This document shows, piece after piece, positions 41,618 to 53,951 of a stretch of 64,000 nucleotides of DNA. The translations under genes and the position numbers were made by a program. Position 1 is the first letter of the stretch. Each line of letters begins with the position of its first letter. The DNA comes from Elusimicrobiota bacterium (GTDB lineage: Bacteria; CG03; SLGR01; JAGXOG01): contig JBNJDT010000004.1 of assembly GCA_051745145.1 (NCBI GenBank), positions 1 to 64,000 of the forward strand, written 5' to 3'. A model generated the notes under the pieces. It ran no database searches, was not told where the DNA came from, and saw only the letters and a program-made list of their open reading frames with translations.

Positions 41618-42069
41618 ATACCTATCAAAACGATGAAAATAAGGAAATTTCTATAGAAGAAGTAAGGGAAAGATTAATAAAAAAATTAATGTGGGACGGC
41701 AAGAAAAGTCTGGCTATAGATATATGTGATGAAGCTTTGGAAATTGCCGGCAAAGAACTCGATTGCGAACCCCTAGAGGCCCTGGAAAAAGCTATAGAAA
41801 AAGTAAAACCTCTTTTGGAAGTTAAATCCCGCAGGGTAGGGGGAGCTACTTATCAGGTGCCGGTAAAGGTTACCCAGCTTAGGGGAGTTCAGCTTTCTAT
41901 AAGATGGTTGGTAGGTTTTGCCAGAAGCTCTAAAGGCATTTCGATGGCTCAAAGTTTGGCAAATGAGTTAATTAATGCCGCCAAAGGGCAGGGAGCTGCA
42001 ATAAATAAAAGAGAGACGATACACAAAATGGCCAAGGCGAATAAAGCCTTTGCCCATTATAGCTGGTAA
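41614..42069 (+). CDS. rpsG: 30S ribosomal protein S7 (divergent N-terminus)
   Basis: [39 protein letters not shown] overlap with rpsL. Confidence 0.97.
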   Translation: MNTYQNDENKEISIEEVRERLIKKLMWDGKKSLAIDICDEALEIAGKELDCEPLEALEKAIEKVKPLLEVKSRRVGGATYQVPVKVTQLRGVQLSIRWLVGFARSSKGISMAQSLANELINAAKGQGAAINKRETIHKMAKANKAFAHYSW

Positions 42070-42130
42070 ATGGATTTTAATGGTAACAGAGACTAAGAGA
42101 CGTAATAATATAATTGGAAAAGAGAAGGGA

Positions 42131-44185
42131 ATGGATTTAAATAGACTAAGAGATATAGGAATAATTGCCCATATTGACGCCGGGAAGACAACTGTAACCG
42201 AGAGGATTTTGTTTTACAGTGGTAAAACGTATAAGATGGGGGAAGTACATGACGGTACTGCGGTGATGGACTGGATGAAACAGGAACAGGACAGGGGTAT
42301 AACTATTACTTCCGCTGCTACTACATGTAAGTGGAAAGACGGTATTATTAATATAATAGATACGCCAGGACATGTGGATTTTACTGTTGAAGTTGAGCGG
42401 TCCCTCAGAGTATTAGATGGGTGTGTGGTTGTTTTTTGTGGTGTAGGGGGAGTAGAAGCTCAATCCGAAACGGTCTGGAGACAGGCTGACAGATATTCCG
42501 TTCCCCGGATAACTTTTATAAATAAACTGGACCGGGTGGGGGCTGATTTTGAAAGAGTACTGGGGGAGATAGAGGAAAAATTAAAAACTGACATAGCCAT
42601 ACCCATACAGTTGCCCATAGGCACCGAGGATAATTTTAAGGGAATAGTAGACCTTATTGAAATGAAGGCTTATTATTACAAGGATGAATCGGGGAAAAAA
42701 GTGGAAAAGGAAGAGATCCCCGGTGATTTGAAGGAAAAAGCTGTAAAAATAAGAGGAGAACTTCTCGAAAAAGTAGCTGATCTTAACGATGAAATTATGG
42801 AAAAGTACCTGGAAGAAAAGCAGGTACCCACCAAACTTTTAAAGAAAGTAATAAGAGAGGGGACGGTAAATCACAGGATAGTACCTGTTTTGTGCGGATC
42901 TGCTCTTAAGAATAAGGGGGTACAGTTATTGATGGATGCAATAGTAGATTATCTGCCTTCGCCTCTGGAAGTTAAGCCGGTAAAAGGGACAAATCCCGAA
43001 ACCGGGGAAAAAGAGATAAGAAAAGCCGATGCAGACGGGCCGTTTTCCGCGCTTGTATTTAAAATAATGGCCGATACTTATGTGGGGCGGTTAGTATTTG
43101 TGAGGGTTTACTCGGGTACCCTGGAAAAAGGGGATTACGTCTATAATTTGACCCAGGATAAAAAGGAGAGGATTTCCCGGATACTGGAAATGCATGCTGA
43201 AACCCGGAAGGATAAGGATAAACTGGAGGCCGGTCAGATAGCTGCCATCATAGGCCCTAAAGATACGGCTACGGGTGATACACTGTGTTCTGAAGAAGAT
43301 CCTGTATTGCTGGAATCTATGCAGTTTCCCGATCCTGTTGTTTCCATGGCCATTGAAGCAAATAATAAAGAAGCCGAAGAAAAACTTCTTGTGGCTTTAA
43401 ATAAAGTTATTACTGAGGATCCTTCATTGCAGTTAAGTGTAGACCAGGATAGCGGACAGAGTATTATTCAGGGTATGGGGGAATTGCATCTGGAAGTGGT
43501 TATAAACAGGTTAAAAGAGGAATTTAATATAGATTGCCGGGCTTCGGAACCGGTAGTTACCTATAAGGAAACTATTACTAAAAAAACGGAAGTAGAGGAA
43601 AAGTATGTAAAACAGTCCGGTGGACGGGGCCAGTACGGGCATGTTGTAATAGATATAGAACCCGAAAAATATAATGAGGGTTTTGAATTTATAAATGAAA
43701 TCCGTGAAGGTCGAATTCCCAAGGAGTTTATACCCGGCGTTGAAGAGGGGATAAAGGACACTTTGACTCACGGAAGTTTGGGCGGGTTTGAAGTTACAGG
43801 TATAAAAGCGACTTTAAAAGACGGTTCTTTTCACGAAGTTGATTCATCTAAAATGGCTTTTAGGATTGCCGCCTCCCGGGCTATGCGGCGAGGTCTTAGT
43901 CGAGCAAAGCCTATATTACTTGAACCTATTATGAAAATTAATATAATAGTGCCTAATGAACATCTCGGGGAGGTCCTTGAAGATTTTAATTCCCGCCGGG
44001 GGGAGATCAAAGAATTATTGAGTGAAGAAGACAACAATATAATTAACGGCGAAGCGCCGCTGGCAGAGATGTTTGGATATGCATCAGCTCTTAGATCGGC
44101 GAGTCAGGGAAGAGCTACATATTCCATGGAACCATCTAAGTTTGCGAAGGTTCCAAAACAGATTTCAGAGAAGATTTTAGATTAA
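42131..44185 (+). CDS. fusA: elongation factor G
   Basis: [35 protein letters not shown]; start chosen at ATG 42131 after GAAGGGA (ATG 42080 is possible). Confidence 0.98.
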   Translation: MDLNRLRDIGIIAHIDAGKTTVTERILFYSGKTYKMGEVHDGTAVMDWMKQEQDRGITITSAATTCKWKDGIINIIDTPGHVDFTVEVERSLRVLDGCVVVFCGVGGVEAQSETVWRQADRYSVPRITFINKLDRVGADFERVLGEIEEKLKTDIAIPIQLPIGTEDNFKGIVDLIEMKAYYYKDESGKKVEKEEIPGDLKEKAVKIRGELLEKVADLNDEIMEKYLEEKQVPTKLLKKVIREGTVNHRIVPVLCGSALKNKGVQLLMDAIVDYLPSPLEVKPVKGTNPETGEKEIRKADADGPFSALVFKIMADTYVGRLVFVRVYSGTLEKGDYVYNLTQDKKERISRILEMHAETRKDKDKLEAGQIAAIIGPKDTATGDTLCSEEDPVLLESMQFPDPVVSMAIEANNKEAEEKLLVALNKVITEDPSLQLSVDQDSGQSIIQGMGELHLEVVINRLKEEFNIDCRASEPVVTYKETITKKTEVEEKYVKQSGGRGQYGHVVIDIEPEKYNEGFEFINEIREGRIPKEFIPGVEEGIKDTLTHGSLGGFEVTGIKATLKDGSFHEVDSSKMAFRIAASRAMRRGLSRAKPILLEPIMKINIIVPNEHLGEVLEDFNSRRGEIKELLSEEDNNIINGEAPLAEMFGYASALRSASQGRATYSMEPSKFAKVPKQISEKILD

Positions 44186-44206
44186 TTACATATGTATTTT
44201 ACGATG

Positions 44207-45415
44207 AAGGAGGAAAAATAAGATGGCAAAGGCAAAATTTGAGAGAACAAAGCCGCATGTAAACGTGGGTACAATAGGGCACGTGGATCACGGAAAGACG
44301 ACATTGACGGCGGCCATGTTAAAATACTTACAGGGAAAAGGATTTGCGGAAGTATTAAATGTAAATGATATAGATAATGCCCCGGAAGAGCAGGAGAGGG
44401 GAGTAACGATAGCCACTGCTCATGTAGAGTATGAGACAGAGGGGAGGCATTACGCCCATGTGGACTGTCCGGGACATGCCGATTATGTAAAGAACATGAT
44501 TACCGGAGCAGCGCAGATGGACGGAGCTATTTTAGTGGTATCGGCAGCGGACGGGCCAATGCCCCAGACCCGTGAGCACATACTGCTGGCCAGGCAGGTA
44601 GGAGTACCTGCAATGGTAGTATTTATGAATAAGACGGATCAGGTAGATGATGAAGAGTTAATAGAACTGGTAGATTTAGAGATAAGAGAACTTTTAAATA
44701 AGTATGAATTTCCCGGTGACGATATGACAATAGTGAAGGGGTCAGCTTTAAAAGCCTTAGAAGATGATGATTTAGAGAGTGAAGATAATAAGGCAATAGG
44801 GAAGCTGATAGAAGCGTTGGATGAAGATATACCGGAACCATCCAGAGAAATAGACAAGCCGTTTTTAATGAGTGTGGAAGATGTATTTACGATAACCGGT
44901 AGGGGGACGGTAGCCACCGGCAGAATAGAGAGAGGTAAGATAGAGCTTGGAGACGACGTACAGATAGTGGGGCTGGGAAAGAACCAGGAATCGGTAGCTA
45001 CGGGGATAGAGATGTTCCGTAAAGAGATGGAATCAGCCCAGGCCGGAGACAACGTAGGAATGCTATTAAGAGGAGTGGACAAGGAAGATATACAGAGGGG
45101 CCAGGTAATAGCGGAGCCGGGTTCGATAACCCCGCATACAAAATTTAAAGGTCAGTTATATGTATTGAGTAAAGAAGAGGGAGGAAGACATACTCCATTC
45201 TTTTCAGGATACCGGCCGCAGTTTTATTTCAGAACTACAGATGTTACGGGAGTGGTGAAATTACCGGAAGGAAGAGAGATGGTAATGCCCGGAGATAATG
45301 TAGAGCTGGAAGGAGACTTAATAGAGCCGATAGCTATGGAACAGGGATTGAGGTTTGCAATAAGAGAAGGCGGCCATACTGTAGGAGCCGGTGTAGTTTC
45401 GGAGATTATTGAGTA
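44207..45415 (+). repeat. direct repeat copy 2 (tuf plus ribosome-binding site)
   Basis: Matches 27979-29187 at an offset of 16,228 bp; diverges at the stop codon (TAA vs TAG). Confidence 0.9.
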
Positions 45416-45416
45416 G
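44223..45416 (+). CDS. tuf: elongation factor Tu (copy 2)
   Basis: Protein identical to copy 1; follows fusA. Confidence 0.99.
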   Translation: MAKAKFERTKPHVNVGTIGHVDHGKTTLTAAMLKYLQGKGFAEVLNVNDIDNAPEEQERGVTIATAHVEYETEGRHYAHVDCPGHADYVKNMITGAAQMDGAILVVSAADGPMPQTREHILLARQVGVPAMVVFMNKTDQVDDEELIELVDLEIRELLNKYEFPGDDMTIVKGSALKALEDDDLESEDNKAIGKLIEALDEDIPEPSREIDKPFLMSVEDVFTITGRGTVATGRIERGKIELGDDVQIVGLGKNQESVATGIEMFRKEMESAQAGDNVGMLLRGVDKEDIQRGQVIAEPGSITPHTKFKGQLYVLSKEEGGRHTPFFSGYRPQFYFRTTDVTGVVKLPEGREMVMPGDNVELEGDLIEPIAMEQGLRFAIREGGHTVGAGVVSEIIE

Positions 45417-45429
45417 GTAAATAGGAAAA

Positions 45430-45741
45430 ATGGCAGAAGAACAAAAAATTAAAATAAAGTTAAAAGGGTATGATCACAGAATGTTGGACAGGTCGGTTAA
45501 AGAAATAGTTGACACTATAAAACGGACCGGAGCTAGAATATCCGGACCGATACTTCTGCCTACCAAAACGAAAAAATACACGGTGTTAAAATCACCCCAT
45601 GTGGATAAAAGAGGAATGGAGCAGTTTGAAATGAGAATACATAAGAGATTAATATATATTATTTCCCCAACTCCCCATACAGTGGATGAACTTGGAAAAC
45701 TTGAGTTACCGGCTGGAATTAAAGTAGAGATAAAAGCGTGA
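45430..45741 (+). CDS. rpsJ: 30S ribosomal protein S10
   Basis: [26 protein letters not shown]. Confidence 0.98.
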   Translation: MAEEQKIKIKLKGYDHRMLDRSVKEIVDTIKRTGARISGPILLPTKTKKYTVLKSPHVDKRGMEQFEMRIHKRLIYIISPTPHTVDELGKLELPAGIKVEIKA

Positions 45742-46361
45742 TGATTCAGGGTTTACTTGGAAAAAAATTGAAGATGAGCCGATGGTTTGATGAAGACGGC
45801 AATTCGGTTCCGGTGACGTTAATTGAGTTAGGCCCCTGTTATGTAACCGGGTTTAAAGATAATAAAGTACAGATTGGTTACAGGGAAGTAAAGAAAAAGT
45901 CGTTAAAAAAACCTCAGATAGGTTTTTTTAAGAAAAACAATCTACCGTTTTTGAAATATTTAAAGAGCGTAGAGTGGCTGGGGGATAAAAAAGAAATACC
46001 CGCAGTTGGAGAGAAACTCAGTGTTAATGAGTTTGAAGTAGGAGAAAAGATTGATGTCCAGGGGGAATCTAAAGGCCGGGGATTTACCGGAACAGTTAAA
46101 AGGTGGGGGTTTAGCTCCGGACCTCACGGACACGGATCTAGAAGACATCGTATTCCGGGTTCGATCGGTGGGTCCAGTGACCCCAGCCGGGTTTGGCCGG
46201 GTCTGAAAATGGCCGGAAGAGACGGCGGTAAAATGATTACCGAAGAAAATCTCAAAATAGTTTATATAAGTAAAGAGGAAAACGTCATTGCTGTAAAGGG
46301 AGCTGTTCCGGGCCCAAAAAAGAATGTAGTTTTTGTCAGAAGAAGAAAAAAGAGTAATTAA
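45738..46361 (+). CDS. rplC: 50S ribosomal protein L3
   Basis: [29 protein letters not shown]. Confidence 0.98.
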   Translation: MMIQGLLGKKLKMSRWFDEDGNSVPVTLIELGPCYVTGFKDNKVQIGYREVKKKSLKKPQIGFFKKNNLPFLKYLKSVEWLGDKKEIPAVGEKLSVNEFEVGEKIDVQGESKGRGFTGTVKRWGFSSGPHGHGSRRHRIPGSIGGSSDPSRVWPGLKMAGRDGGKMITEENLKIVYISKEENVIAVKGAVPGPKKNVVFVRRRKKSN

Positions 46362-46362
46362 A

Positions 46363-46968
46363 ATGAAAGTTGAAATACCAAAAATACCCGAAGAGTTAAA
46401 AGATATAAATATAAATGTTAATTTGCTGCATGAAGTAGTGGAGACCTATCTTTCTAACGAAAGAGCAGGTAATGCTAAAACAAAAGACCGTTCGGAAGTG
46501 GCCGGCGGCGGTAAAAAACCCTGGCGGCAAAAGGGCACCGGCCGTGCGCGTCACGGAAGCAATAATTCACCGATATGGTCCGGTGGCGGTAATACTTTCG
46601 GCCCTGTAAAGGAACAGCACTATAAAAAAGATATCCCCCGCTTAAAAAAACAGATAGCTCTTGTACAGGCTATTGTTCAGAGAATCAGAGAAGACCGGGT
46701 GAAAATAGTAGAAAAGATTGAACTTGATGATTATAAAACCCGTCTGGCAGCTGATTTTCTCGAGAATATTTTTGAAGATACAGAGGGAAAGAAACTTATA
46801 GTTTTAGATGAGATGATTCCCGACATAGTAAGGGCATTCAGAAATATTAAGGGGTTGACAATTATGGATTGGAAAAATATAAATACTTATACGGTTTTGG
46901 GAAATAATAATATAATGTTTACGGCAAAAGCATGGAAAAGTTTTTTAGATAAAAGAGGTTGGGAATGA
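46363..46968 (+). CDS. rplD: 50S ribosomal protein L4
   Basis: [30 protein letters not shown] 46363. Confidence 0.97.
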   Translation: MKVEIPKIPEELKDININVNLLHEVVETYLSNERAGNAKTKDRSEVAGGGKKPWRQKGTGRARHGSNNSPIWSGGGNTFGPVKEQHYKKDIPRLKKQIALVQAIVQRIREDRVKIVEKIELDDYKTRLAADFLENIFEDTEGKKLIVLDEMIPDIVRAFRNIKGLTIMDWKNINTYTVLGNNNIMFTAKAWKSFLDKRGWE

Positions 46969-47264
46969 CTACTGACAATACACTTTACAATGTTTTAAAA
47001 TCTCCGGTAGTAACTGAAAAATCTACCCGGGAGAGAATGAATTTTAATAAATATACTTTTTTTGTTGATTTAAATGCAAATAAAAGAAAGATTAAGAAAG
47101 CTGTTGAAGAAATTTTTGAGGTAACAGTTAAATCCGTAAATACCCAGCACGTGAGGGGGAAAGAAAAAAGGATGGGTCGCTATGAAGGAAAATCTTCAAA
47201 ACGAAAAAAAGCGGTGGTTACCTTAGAAGAAGGTGATAGAATTCAGCTTATGGAAGGACCTTAA
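46965..47264 (+). CDS. rplW: 50S ribosomal protein L23
   Basis: PVVTEKS, KKAVVTL; ATG 46965. Confidence 0.97.
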   Translation: MTTDNTLYNVLKSPVVTEKSTRERMNFNKYTFFVDLNANKRKIKKAVEEIFEVTVKSVNTQHVRGKEKRMGRYEGKSSKRKKAVVTLEEGDRIQLMEGP

Positions 47265-47313
47265 ATTTTGTTTTTAATAAAAAAGAAATTTAAAAATATA
47301 GAGGAATATAAAA

Positions 47314-48135
47314 ATGGGAATTAAAAAAGACAGACCGCTTTCTCCGGCGCGCCGGTTCCGGACTATAGTAACCAAAGATGAGATTACTAAAAGAAAACCG
47401 GAAAAATCTCTTACCAGAGTAAAAAAACGGTCCGGGGGAAGAAATAATCACGGCCGGATGACGGTAAGACACCGCGGGGGAGGAAGTAAACGTAAGTTAA
47501 GGCTGGTAGATTTTAAACGGGAAAGAGAAGAACCGGCCCGGGTATTGGCGATTGAATATGATCCTAACCGGTCTGCCAATCTGGCTTTAATTGAGTATCC
47601 GGACGGCAAAAAATCTTATATAATTCATCCGGAAGGCTTAAAAGTAGGGGATACGGTAACCAGCGGTAAGTGGGCCCCTATTAAACCGGGGAATGTCCGG
47701 CCGCTTGAAAATCTACCGGAAAGTACTGTTATTCACAATATAGAGCTTAAACCCGGAAGGGGCGGTACTATGGTAAGAAGCGCCGGTTCCCAGGCAGTTT
47801 TGATGGCTAAAGAGGGGAAATATGCCCAGATACAACTGACTTCCGGTGAGGTCAGGTTGGTAGAGAAAAAATGTAAAGCAACTATAGGTAAAGTTGGGAA
47901 TTCCGATCATTATAAAGCTAAGCTCGGTTCGGCCGGAGCAAACCGTCACCGGGGTATAAGGCCGACAGTCCGGGGGATGGCTATGAATTCTAATGACCAT
48001 CCGCACGGCGGGGGTAGGGGAAAGAGTAAAGGAAATCATTTACCGACCAATCCGTGGGGTAAAAAGTGTAAAGGCGTAAAAACCAGAAAAAAGAAAAAGG
48101 CATCTGAAAAACTGATTGTGAGAAGGAGGAAATAG
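47314..48135 (+). CDS. rplB: 50S ribosomal protein L2
   Basis: [32 protein letters not shown]. Confidence 0.98.
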   Translation: MGIKKDRPLSPARRFRTIVTKDEITKRKPEKSLTRVKKRSGGRNNHGRMTVRHRGGGSKRKLRLVDFKREREEPARVLAIEYDPNRSANLALIEYPDGKKSYIIHPEGLKVGDTVTSGKWAPIKPGNVRPLENLPESTVIHNIELKPGRGGTMVRSAGSQAVLMAKEGKYAQIQLTSGEVRLVEKKCKATIGKVGNSDHYKAKLGSAGANRHRGIRPTVRGMAMNSNDHPHGGGRGKSKGNHLPTNPWGKKCKGVKTRKKKKASEKLIVRRRK

Positions 48136-48138
48136 TTA

Positions 48139-48435
48139 ATGGGGCGTTCAACTAAAAAAGGACCTTACGTAGAAAAAAGTCTGCTGAAAAAAGTAGATAG
48201 AGCCAAAAAGGCCGGGAGTAAAAAAGTGGCACCTACATATTCCAGGGATTCAATGATAACTCCCGATTTTGTGGGTCTTACTATTCCTGTTCACAATGGC
48301 AAAAAATTTACTGAAGTATTAATAACTGAAGATATGGTGGGACACAGACTGGGGGAATTTTCGGCCACCAGATTTTTTAAGGGTCATGGCGCTGCCCATT
48401 CTAAAGAACTTGAAGAGGAAGAGATGGAATCATGA
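48139..48435 (+). CDS. rpsS: 30S ribosomal protein S19
   Basis: [23 protein letters not shown]. Confidence 0.98.
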   Translation: MGRSTKKGPYVEKSLLKKVDRAKKAGSKKVAPTYSRDSMITPDFVGLTIPVHNGKKFTEVLITEDMVGHRLGEFSATRFFKGHGAAHSKELEEEEMES

Positions 48436-48764
48436 AGGGCAAAGTTAAAGCAAAATACATAAGAATGAGTCCCCGGAAGATTAATCTTGTTTTAGATTGC
48501 ATCAGAGGCAAAAAAGTAGCCGAGGCCTATAACAAACTTGCTGTAATAAATAAAAGAGCGGTGAAACCGGTAAAAAAAGCACTTGATTCAGCGGTTGCAA
48601 ATGCCGATGCTCAGGATATAACGGATAGAATTAAAGTTATGAAAGCATGGGTTGGACAGGGACCGTCTTTAAAAAGACTTCGTCCGCGGGCAATGGGTAG
48701 AGCAGATGTTTATAAAAAGAGATCAGCACATATAGAAATAGTAGTGGGAGACGAACAAGAATAA
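48432..48764 (+). CDS. rplV: 50S ribosomal protein L22
   Basis: [26 protein letters not shown]. Confidence 0.98.
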   Translation: MKGKVKAKYIRMSPRKINLVLDCIRGKKVAEAYNKLAVINKRAVKPVKKALDSAVANADAQDITDRIKVMKAWVGQGPSLKRLRPRAMGRADVYKKRSAHIEIVVGDEQE

Positions 48765-49411
48765 TGGGACAAAAAGTAAATCCGGTAAGTTTAAGATTAG
48801 GAGTAAATAAAACCTGGAAATCGCAGTGGTTTGATTTAGATAATATGCCCAAGTTGATAGAAGAAGATTATAAAATCCGAAATTTTATACGGGACAGAGT
48901 AGAAGAATCTGCCGGAATATCCAGAATAGATATTAAAAGGGCCGGCAATGAAAACATAAAAATTGTGGTACACACTGATAAACCGGGGGTGATAATCGGT
49001 AAGGGGGGCTCGGAAGTGGAAAACATAAAAAATGAAATTGAAGATATAACAGGAAAAACAACCGATATAAATATTGAACATATAAAAAATCCCCAGGCTG
49101 ATGCGGCTATAATTGGCCGGAGTATAGCTACGGCCCTGGAAAAGAAAATGCGGTTTCGTCCGGTTATGAAAAGAGCTTTATACCGGGCCTATAATGAAAA
49201 AGACGTCGAGGGGGTTAAAGTAGCTGTAAGCGGTAGACTCAACGGATCGGAAATAGCTCGTACGGAATGGCTAAAAGAAGGTAAGGTTCCTCTTCAGACT
49301 ATAAGAGCGGATATTGATTACAATTTTTGCGAGGCCAATACTACCTACGGTAATATCGGTATTAAAGTTTGGGTCTGTAAAGGGGAAATAATCGGTGCAG
49401 AGAAGGAATAG
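48764..49411 (+). CDS. rpsC: 30S ribosomal protein S3
   Basis: MGQKVNP, PGVIIGKGG, SGRLNGSEIARTE. Confidence 0.98.
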   Translation: MGQKVNPVSLRLGVNKTWKSQWFDLDNMPKLIEEDYKIRNFIRDRVEESAGISRIDIKRAGNENIKIVVHTDKPGVIIGKGGSEVENIKNEIEDITGKTTDINIEHIKNPQADAAIIGRSIATALEKKMRFRPVMKRALYRAYNEKDVEGVKVAVSGRLNGSEIARTEWLKEGKVPLQTIRADIDYNFCEANTTYGNIGIKVWVCKGEIIGAEKE

Positions 49412-49414
49412 ATT

Positions 49415-49831
49415 ATGTTACGACCTAAAAAAGTAAAATATAGGAAAAAACACAGAGGTAGAAATAGAGGGAAAGCCATAAGGGGAAGCAAAGTTAATTT
49501 CGGGCAGTACGGATTAAAGGCCGTAGAACCGGCCCACATTGACGAGAGGCAGATTGAAGCCGCAAGAGTTGCGATAACCAGATTTATGAAAGAAGGGGGA
49601 AAAGTATGGCTCAGAATTTTTCCCGATCATCCGGTGACAGAACAGCCGGCTGAAACCCGGATGGGTAAAGGTAAGGGGGACGTTGCCTATTATGCCGCAA
49701 AGGTAAAACCGGGGAGAATAATATTTGAATTAGTTGGTTTATCCAGAGAAAAGGCAAAATTAGCTATGAAAAGAGCTGCAGCTAAAATGCCCATGAAATG
49801 CAAATTTGTGGTTAGAGGAGAATACCAGTGA
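49415..49831 (+). CDS. rplP: 50S ribosomal protein L16
   Basis: [25 protein letters not shown]. Confidence 0.98.
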   Translation: MLRPKKVKYRKKHRGRNRGKAIRGSKVNFGQYGLKAVEPAHIDERQIEAARVAITRFMKEGGKVWLRIFPDHPVTEQPAETRMGKGKGDVAYYAAKVKPGRIIFELVGLSREKAKLAMKRAAAKMPMKCKFVVRGEYQ

Positions 49832-50025
49832 CTTTAACAGCAGACGAACTTAGAAATAAGACAGTAGAAGAATTAAAAAGCGAACTCAGTGATATAAAAA
49901 AGAAGTATATGGAAGAAAGATTTCAACACGCTTCCGGGACTTTAAAAAATCCGGTTGAATTGAAATATTTAAGAAGAGATATTGCCAGAATTAATACAGT
50001 GATAAAAGAGAAGAACAATGAATAA
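49828..50025 (+). CDS. rpmC: 50S ribosomal protein L29
   Basis: [12 protein letters not shown]; position in the operon. Confidence 0.96.
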   Translation: MTLTADELRNKTVEELKSELSDIKKKYMEERFQHASGTLKNPVELKYLRRDIARINTVIKEKNNE

Positions 50026-50284
50026 AAAATTATACAAGACAACGTCCAGAAAAAAATTAGAAGGTATAGTAGTGGGAACTAAAATGGATAAGACCTGCGT
50101 AGTTGAAACAGAAAATTTATCTAGGCACCCACTTTATGAAAAGGTTTTAAAAAAGCACAAAAAATTTTATGTACATGATGAGGAAAACCGGGCCAGTACC
50201 GGTGATAAAGTAATAATAGAGGAAATGCGTCCGAAAAGTAAATTGAAAAGATGGCGTTTATGTAAAATAGAAGAAAAGAAATAA
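50018..50284 (+). CDS. rpsQ: 30S ribosomal protein S17
   Basis: [28 protein letters not shown]. Confidence 0.97.
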   Translation: MNKKLYKTTSRKKLEGIVVGTKMDKTCVVETENLSRHPLYEKVLKKHKKFYVHDEENRASTGDKVIIEEMRPKSKLKRWRLCKIEEKK

Positions 50285-50285
50285 A

Positions 50286-50651
50286 ATGATTCAGAGTGAA
50301 AGTTTATTAAATGTTGTAGATAATTCAGGTGCCCGCCAGTTACTATGTATTAATATACTAGGGGGCGAGAAGCAGTACGGCCGTGTAGGGGATATTATAG
50401 TGGGAACAGTAAAAACCGCCATTCCTTCGGGAGAAGTTAAAAAGGGCGAGGTTGTAAAAGCGGTTATAGTTCGCACAAAATATCCTATAAAAAGAAACGA
50501 TGGTACTGTTTTGAGATTTGACAGTAACGGGGTAGTAATTGTTGATGATGACGGGATGCCAAAAGCTACCCGGGTCTTTGGACCCATAGCTATGGAATTA
50601 AGAAATAAAGAGTTTACCCGGATAATATCTCTTGCACCGGAGGTACTTTAA
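50286..50651 (+). CDS. rplN: 50S ribosomal protein L14
   Basis: [23 protein letters not shown]. Confidence 0.98.
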   Translation: MIQSESLLNVVDNSGARQLLCINILGGEKQYGRVGDIIVGTVKTAIPSGEVKKGEVVKAVIVRTKYPIKRNDGTVLRFDSNGVVIVDDDGMPKATRVFGPIAMELRNKEFTRIISLAPEVL

Positions 50652-50652
50652 T

Positions 50653-50964
50653 ATGCGCAAAATAAAGACCGGTGATGAAGTAGTAGTTAAAAAAGGGGTG
50701 GAAAAAGGGAAGACCGGGGAAGTAATTAAAATTTACCCAGAAAAGAACAGGGCTATTGTTTCCAAGCTTAATGTGGCAAAAAAGCATACAATGCCTTCTC
50801 AGAAAAGTCCCGGAGGTGTTATAGAACAGGAAGCTCCGATAGCTATGCCTAATTTACAGTTGATTTGTCCTAAATGTTCGAAACCCACAAAAGTAAATTT
50901 TGATTTTTTAGAAGATGGAGAAAAAGTGAGAATATGTAAAAAATGCGGGGAGATTGTAGTATAA
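50653..50964 (+). CDS. rplX: 50S ribosomal protein L24
   Basis: IKTGDEV..KGKTG KOW motif, EAPI, CPKC/CKKC; ATG 50653. Confidence 0.97.
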   Translation: MRKIKTGDEVVVKKGVEKGKTGEVIKIYPEKNRAIVSKLNVAKKHTMPSQKSPGGVIEQEAPIAMPNLQLICPKCSKPTKVNFDFLEDGEKVRICKKCGEIVV

Positions 50965-51525
50965 ATGCCTGTTAACAAAAAAATAAAAAGTTCATTATAT
51001 AAAAGATATGTAAAAGATGTTGTCCCAAAATTACAAAAAGAATCGGAAGTGGAGAATATTCACGAAATACCCGGAATAGAAAAAGTAATTGTTAATATGG
51101 GACTTAAAAAAGCTGTGGAGGAGAAAGCGGTACTCGAAGAAGGGTTAGAGGATATGACCGCAATAACCGGGCAGAAACCCGTTGTTACAAAAGCAAAAAA
51201 ATCTATTTCCAACTTTGATATCCGGAAAGGCGATGTGATTGGCTGCAAAGTAACGCTCAGGGGAGAGAGAATGTATGATTTTTTAAATAAAACCCTTAGA
51301 ATAGCCCTTCCCCGGATAAGAGATTTTAGTGGAATAAAGAGAAGTATAGACGACAATGGTAATTTAACTATTGGTATAAAAGATGAAACTATATATCCTG
51401 AAATAAATTCTGATAAGATTAAGTTTATAAAAGGACTTTCTATCGGAATTGTAACCAGTAAACAGGATAAACAGAAATCCGAGCGGATGTACGAGTTGTT
51501 AAATTTCCCTTTTAAGGAGCAATAA
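50965..51525 (+). CDS. rplE: 50S ribosomal protein L5
   Basis: ITGQKPVVTKAKKSISNF, LPRIRDFSG. Confidence 0.98.
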   Translation: MPVNKKIKSSLYKRYVKDVVPKLQKESEVENIHEIPGIEKVIVNMGLKKAVEEKAVLEEGLEDMTAITGQKPVVTKAKKSISNFDIRKGDVIGCKVTLRGERMYDFLNKTLRIALPRIRDFSGIKRSIDDNGNLTIGIKDETIYPEINSDKIKFIKGLSIGIVTSKQDKQKSERMYELLNFPFKEQ

Positions 51526-51534
51526 GGAGAGATT

Positions 51535-51720
51535 ATGGCGAGAAAAGCACTTGTAGAAAAACAGAAAAAAGACCCTAAATATGAAGTTAGAAAATATAAT
51601 AGGTGTAATCTGTGTGGCAGATCACGCGGGTATATGAGAGATTTTGGAATATGCAGAATTTGTTTTAGAGAATTAGCATCGGACGGAAAAATACCGGGGG
51701 TTGTTAAATCATCATGGTAG
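51535..51720 (+). CDS. rpsZ: 30S ribosomal protein S14 (short Zn-binding type Z)
   Basis: 61 aa, [24 protein letters not shown]. Confidence 0.97.
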   Translation: MARKALVEKQKKDPKYEVRKYNRCNLCGRSRGYMRDFGICRICFRELASDGKIPGVVKSSW

Positions 51721-52112
51721 TAACAGATACAGTAGCAGATATGATATCCAGGATAAAGAATGCCCTGAATGTTAAAAAACGGGAAGTTGACATACCCGCT
51801 TCAAAGTTAAAACTAGAAATAGCCAGATTATTACAGGAAGAAGGCTATATAGCAAATTATGAAAAAATTGAAGATAATAAACAGGGGATTTTAAGAATAT
51901 ACTTAAAATATGTAGATGGCGAGCGTTCAGTTATAAGAGATATTAAGAGAATATCGCGTCCCGGAAAAAGACAGTACGTGAATAAAGAAGAGATTCCCAG
52001 AGTCTTAGAAGGATTGGGAAGAGCTTTTATATCCACTTCCCGGGGACTGCTTACGGATAAAGAATGTCGTAAGAATGAGCTGGGCGGAGAAGTATTATTA
52101 TATGTATGGTAA
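51714..52112 (+). CDS. rpsH: 30S ribosomal protein S8
   Basis: [27 protein letters not shown]. Confidence 0.98.
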   Translation: MVVTDTVADMISRIKNALNVKKREVDIPASKLKLEIARLLQEEGYIANYEKIEDNKQGILRIYLKYVDGERSVIRDIKRISRPGKRQYVNKEEIPRVLEGLGRAFISTSRGLLTDKECRKNELGGEVLLYVW

Positions 52113-52118
52113 TTTAAA

Positions 52119-52688
52119 ATGAGCAGAGTAGGAAAAAAACCGGTAGATATACCAGATAAGGTAGAAGTTAAGATTGAAGGAAAAAAAATTACCGTTGAAT
52201 CCTCCGGAGAAAAGAATACAGTTGATTTACCGGAGCTGATCAGCGGCAAGGTAGAAGACGGGCAGATTATCTTAGTAAGGGAAAATGAGTCTAAAAAAGC
52301 AAGATCACTGCACGGACTTTTTAGAACTCTGGTAGCTAATGCTATACAGGGATTAACTGAGGGGTTTATAAAACGCCTGGAATTAGTCGGGCGCGGTAAG
52401 CGGGCTAAGGTACAGAAAAAAAATATTGTTCTGGAACTTGGTTTTTCACATCCCGTTAAATTTGACATTCCCGAAAATATAGAAGTAAAACTGGATGAAG
52501 AAGATAAAAATATTATAATAATATCGGGAAAGGATAAACAGCAGGTCGGGCAGGTGGCCGCAGATATTAGAGATATTCAACCGCCGGAACCTTACAAGGG
52601 AGCCGGTATTAGATATGAGGATGAGTATGTCCGCAAGAAAGCCGGTAAGACGGCTATTGGCGGAGGATTTACTGGTGCAGGACAATGA
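52119..52688 (+). CDS. rplF: 50S ribosomal protein L6
   Basis: MSRVGKKP, LGFSHPV, PPEPYKGAGIRY. Confidence 0.98.
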   Translation: MSRVGKKPVDIPDKVEVKIEGKKITVESSGEKNTVDLPELISGKVEDGQIILVRENESKKARSLHGLFRTLVANAIQGLTEGFIKRLELVGRGKRAKVQKKNIVLELGFSHPVKFDIPENIEVKLDEEDKNIIIISGKDKQQVGQVAADIRDIQPPEPYKGAGIRYEDEYVRKKAGKTAIGGGFTGAGQ

Positions 52689-52999
52689 TGAAAAAAATTT
52701 TTGGAAAAGACAGCAGGTTAAGATTGGCAGTACATAAATCAAATAAGAATATTTATGCCCAATTAATTAACGACGTTAGAGATAAGGTTGAAATAGGTGT
52801 TTCATCCTTGGATAAAGAAATAAGAGAACAGGAATTTGATTCTCCAAAACAGAGAGCCAGAGAAGTAGGTAAAAAATTAGCCCAACAGGCTCTTGAAAAA
52901 GATATTAAAGCTGTTGTATTAGATCGCAAGAACTTTAAGTATCACGGGTTAATAAAAGAGTTAGCTGATGGTGCAAGAGAAGGGGGACTGGATTTCTAA
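52685..52999 (+). CDS. rplR: 50S ribosomal protein L18 (N-terminally short)
   Basis: [31 protein letters not shown]. Confidence 0.96.
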   Translation: MMKKIFGKDSRLRLAVHKSNKNIYAQLINDVRDKVEIGVSSLDKEIREQEFDSPKQRAREVGKKLAQQALEKDIKAVVLDRKNFKYHGLIKELADGAREGGLDF

Positions 53000-53490
53000 T
53001 GAGTAATAACAGGGATAAAAATACAATAGAGAAAGTAGTAAACATAAACAGAGTTGCTAAAGTGGTAAAAGGTGGAAAGAGATTTGGCTTTGCCTCTTTA
53101 GTGGTAGTAGGGGACGGAAACGGTGCAGTGGGGTGCGCTATTGGAAAAGCAAAAGACGTTCGCGCTTCAATAGAAAAAGGGATGTCAAAAGCAAAAGACG
53201 ATCTTGAAAAAATGGATATTACGGATGAAGGTACAATTCCCCACACAATACTCGGGAAAAACGGCGCCGGGGAGATACTCCTGAAACCGGCCGGTCCGGG
53301 AACAGGTATTATTGCCGGTGGTCCGGCCCGGGCAGTTCTTGAAGCGGTAGGAGTTAAGAATATTCTTACAAAGTGTCTGCGCTCTACCAATCCTATAAAT
53401 GTAGTGTATGCGACTATAGACGGACTGAGAAATTTACGTTCTAAAGAATATATAGCAAAAATACGTGGGAAGAAGGTAGAAGAATTATGA
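52999..53490 (+). CDS. rpsE: 30S ribosomal protein S5
   Basis: [24 protein letters not shown]. Confidence 0.98.
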   Translation: MSNNRDKNTIEKVVNINRVAKVVKGGKRFGFASLVVVGDGNGAVGCAIGKAKDVRASIEKGMSKAKDDLEKMDITDEGTIPHTILGKNGAGEILLKPAGPGTGIIAGGPARAVLEAVGVKNILTKCLRSTNPINVVYATIDGLRNLRSKEYIAKIRGKKVEEL

Positions 53491-53951
53491 GTAATAATAA
53501 TAAAGACTTATTAACGATAGCAGATTTAAAGCCTGCCCCGGGATCAAATAAAAAGAAGATTCGCAAAGGCAGGGGAGCATCCTCGAGAAAGGGTCGCAGC
53601 AGCGGCCGCGGCCGGGGAGGAAGCGGTCACAGATCCGGGAATTCCCATTTACCGGGTTTTGAAGGGGGGCAGATGCCTTTTATCCGGCGGATTCCAAAAA
53701 GAGGATTTAATAATACTAAATTCGAACGCAAAGTGGAAATCGTTAATATATGGCAGTTACAGGAAAAATTTAAAAGCGGCGAAAAGGTTTCTCCGGAAAA
53801 ACTTAAACAAAAAGGTCTTGTAAAAGGTAAACATACGGTTAAAATATTAGGCAAAGGAGAAATAAAGAAAAAATTAAAAGTATCCAACTGCGAGCTTTCT
53901 AAAGGAGCAAAAGAAAAAATAACCGAAGCAGGCGGAGAAATAAGTCAATGA
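53487..53951 (+). CDS. rplO: 50S ribosomal protein L15
   Basis: [28 protein letters not shown]. Confidence 0.98.
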   Translation: MSNNNKDLLTIADLKPAPGSNKKKIRKGRGASSRKGRSSGRGRGGSGHRSGNSHLPGFEGGQMPFIRRIPKRGFNNTKFERKVEIVNIWQLQEKFKSGEKVSPEKLKQKGLVKGKHTVKILGKGEIKKKLKVSNCELSKGAKEKITEAGGEISQ

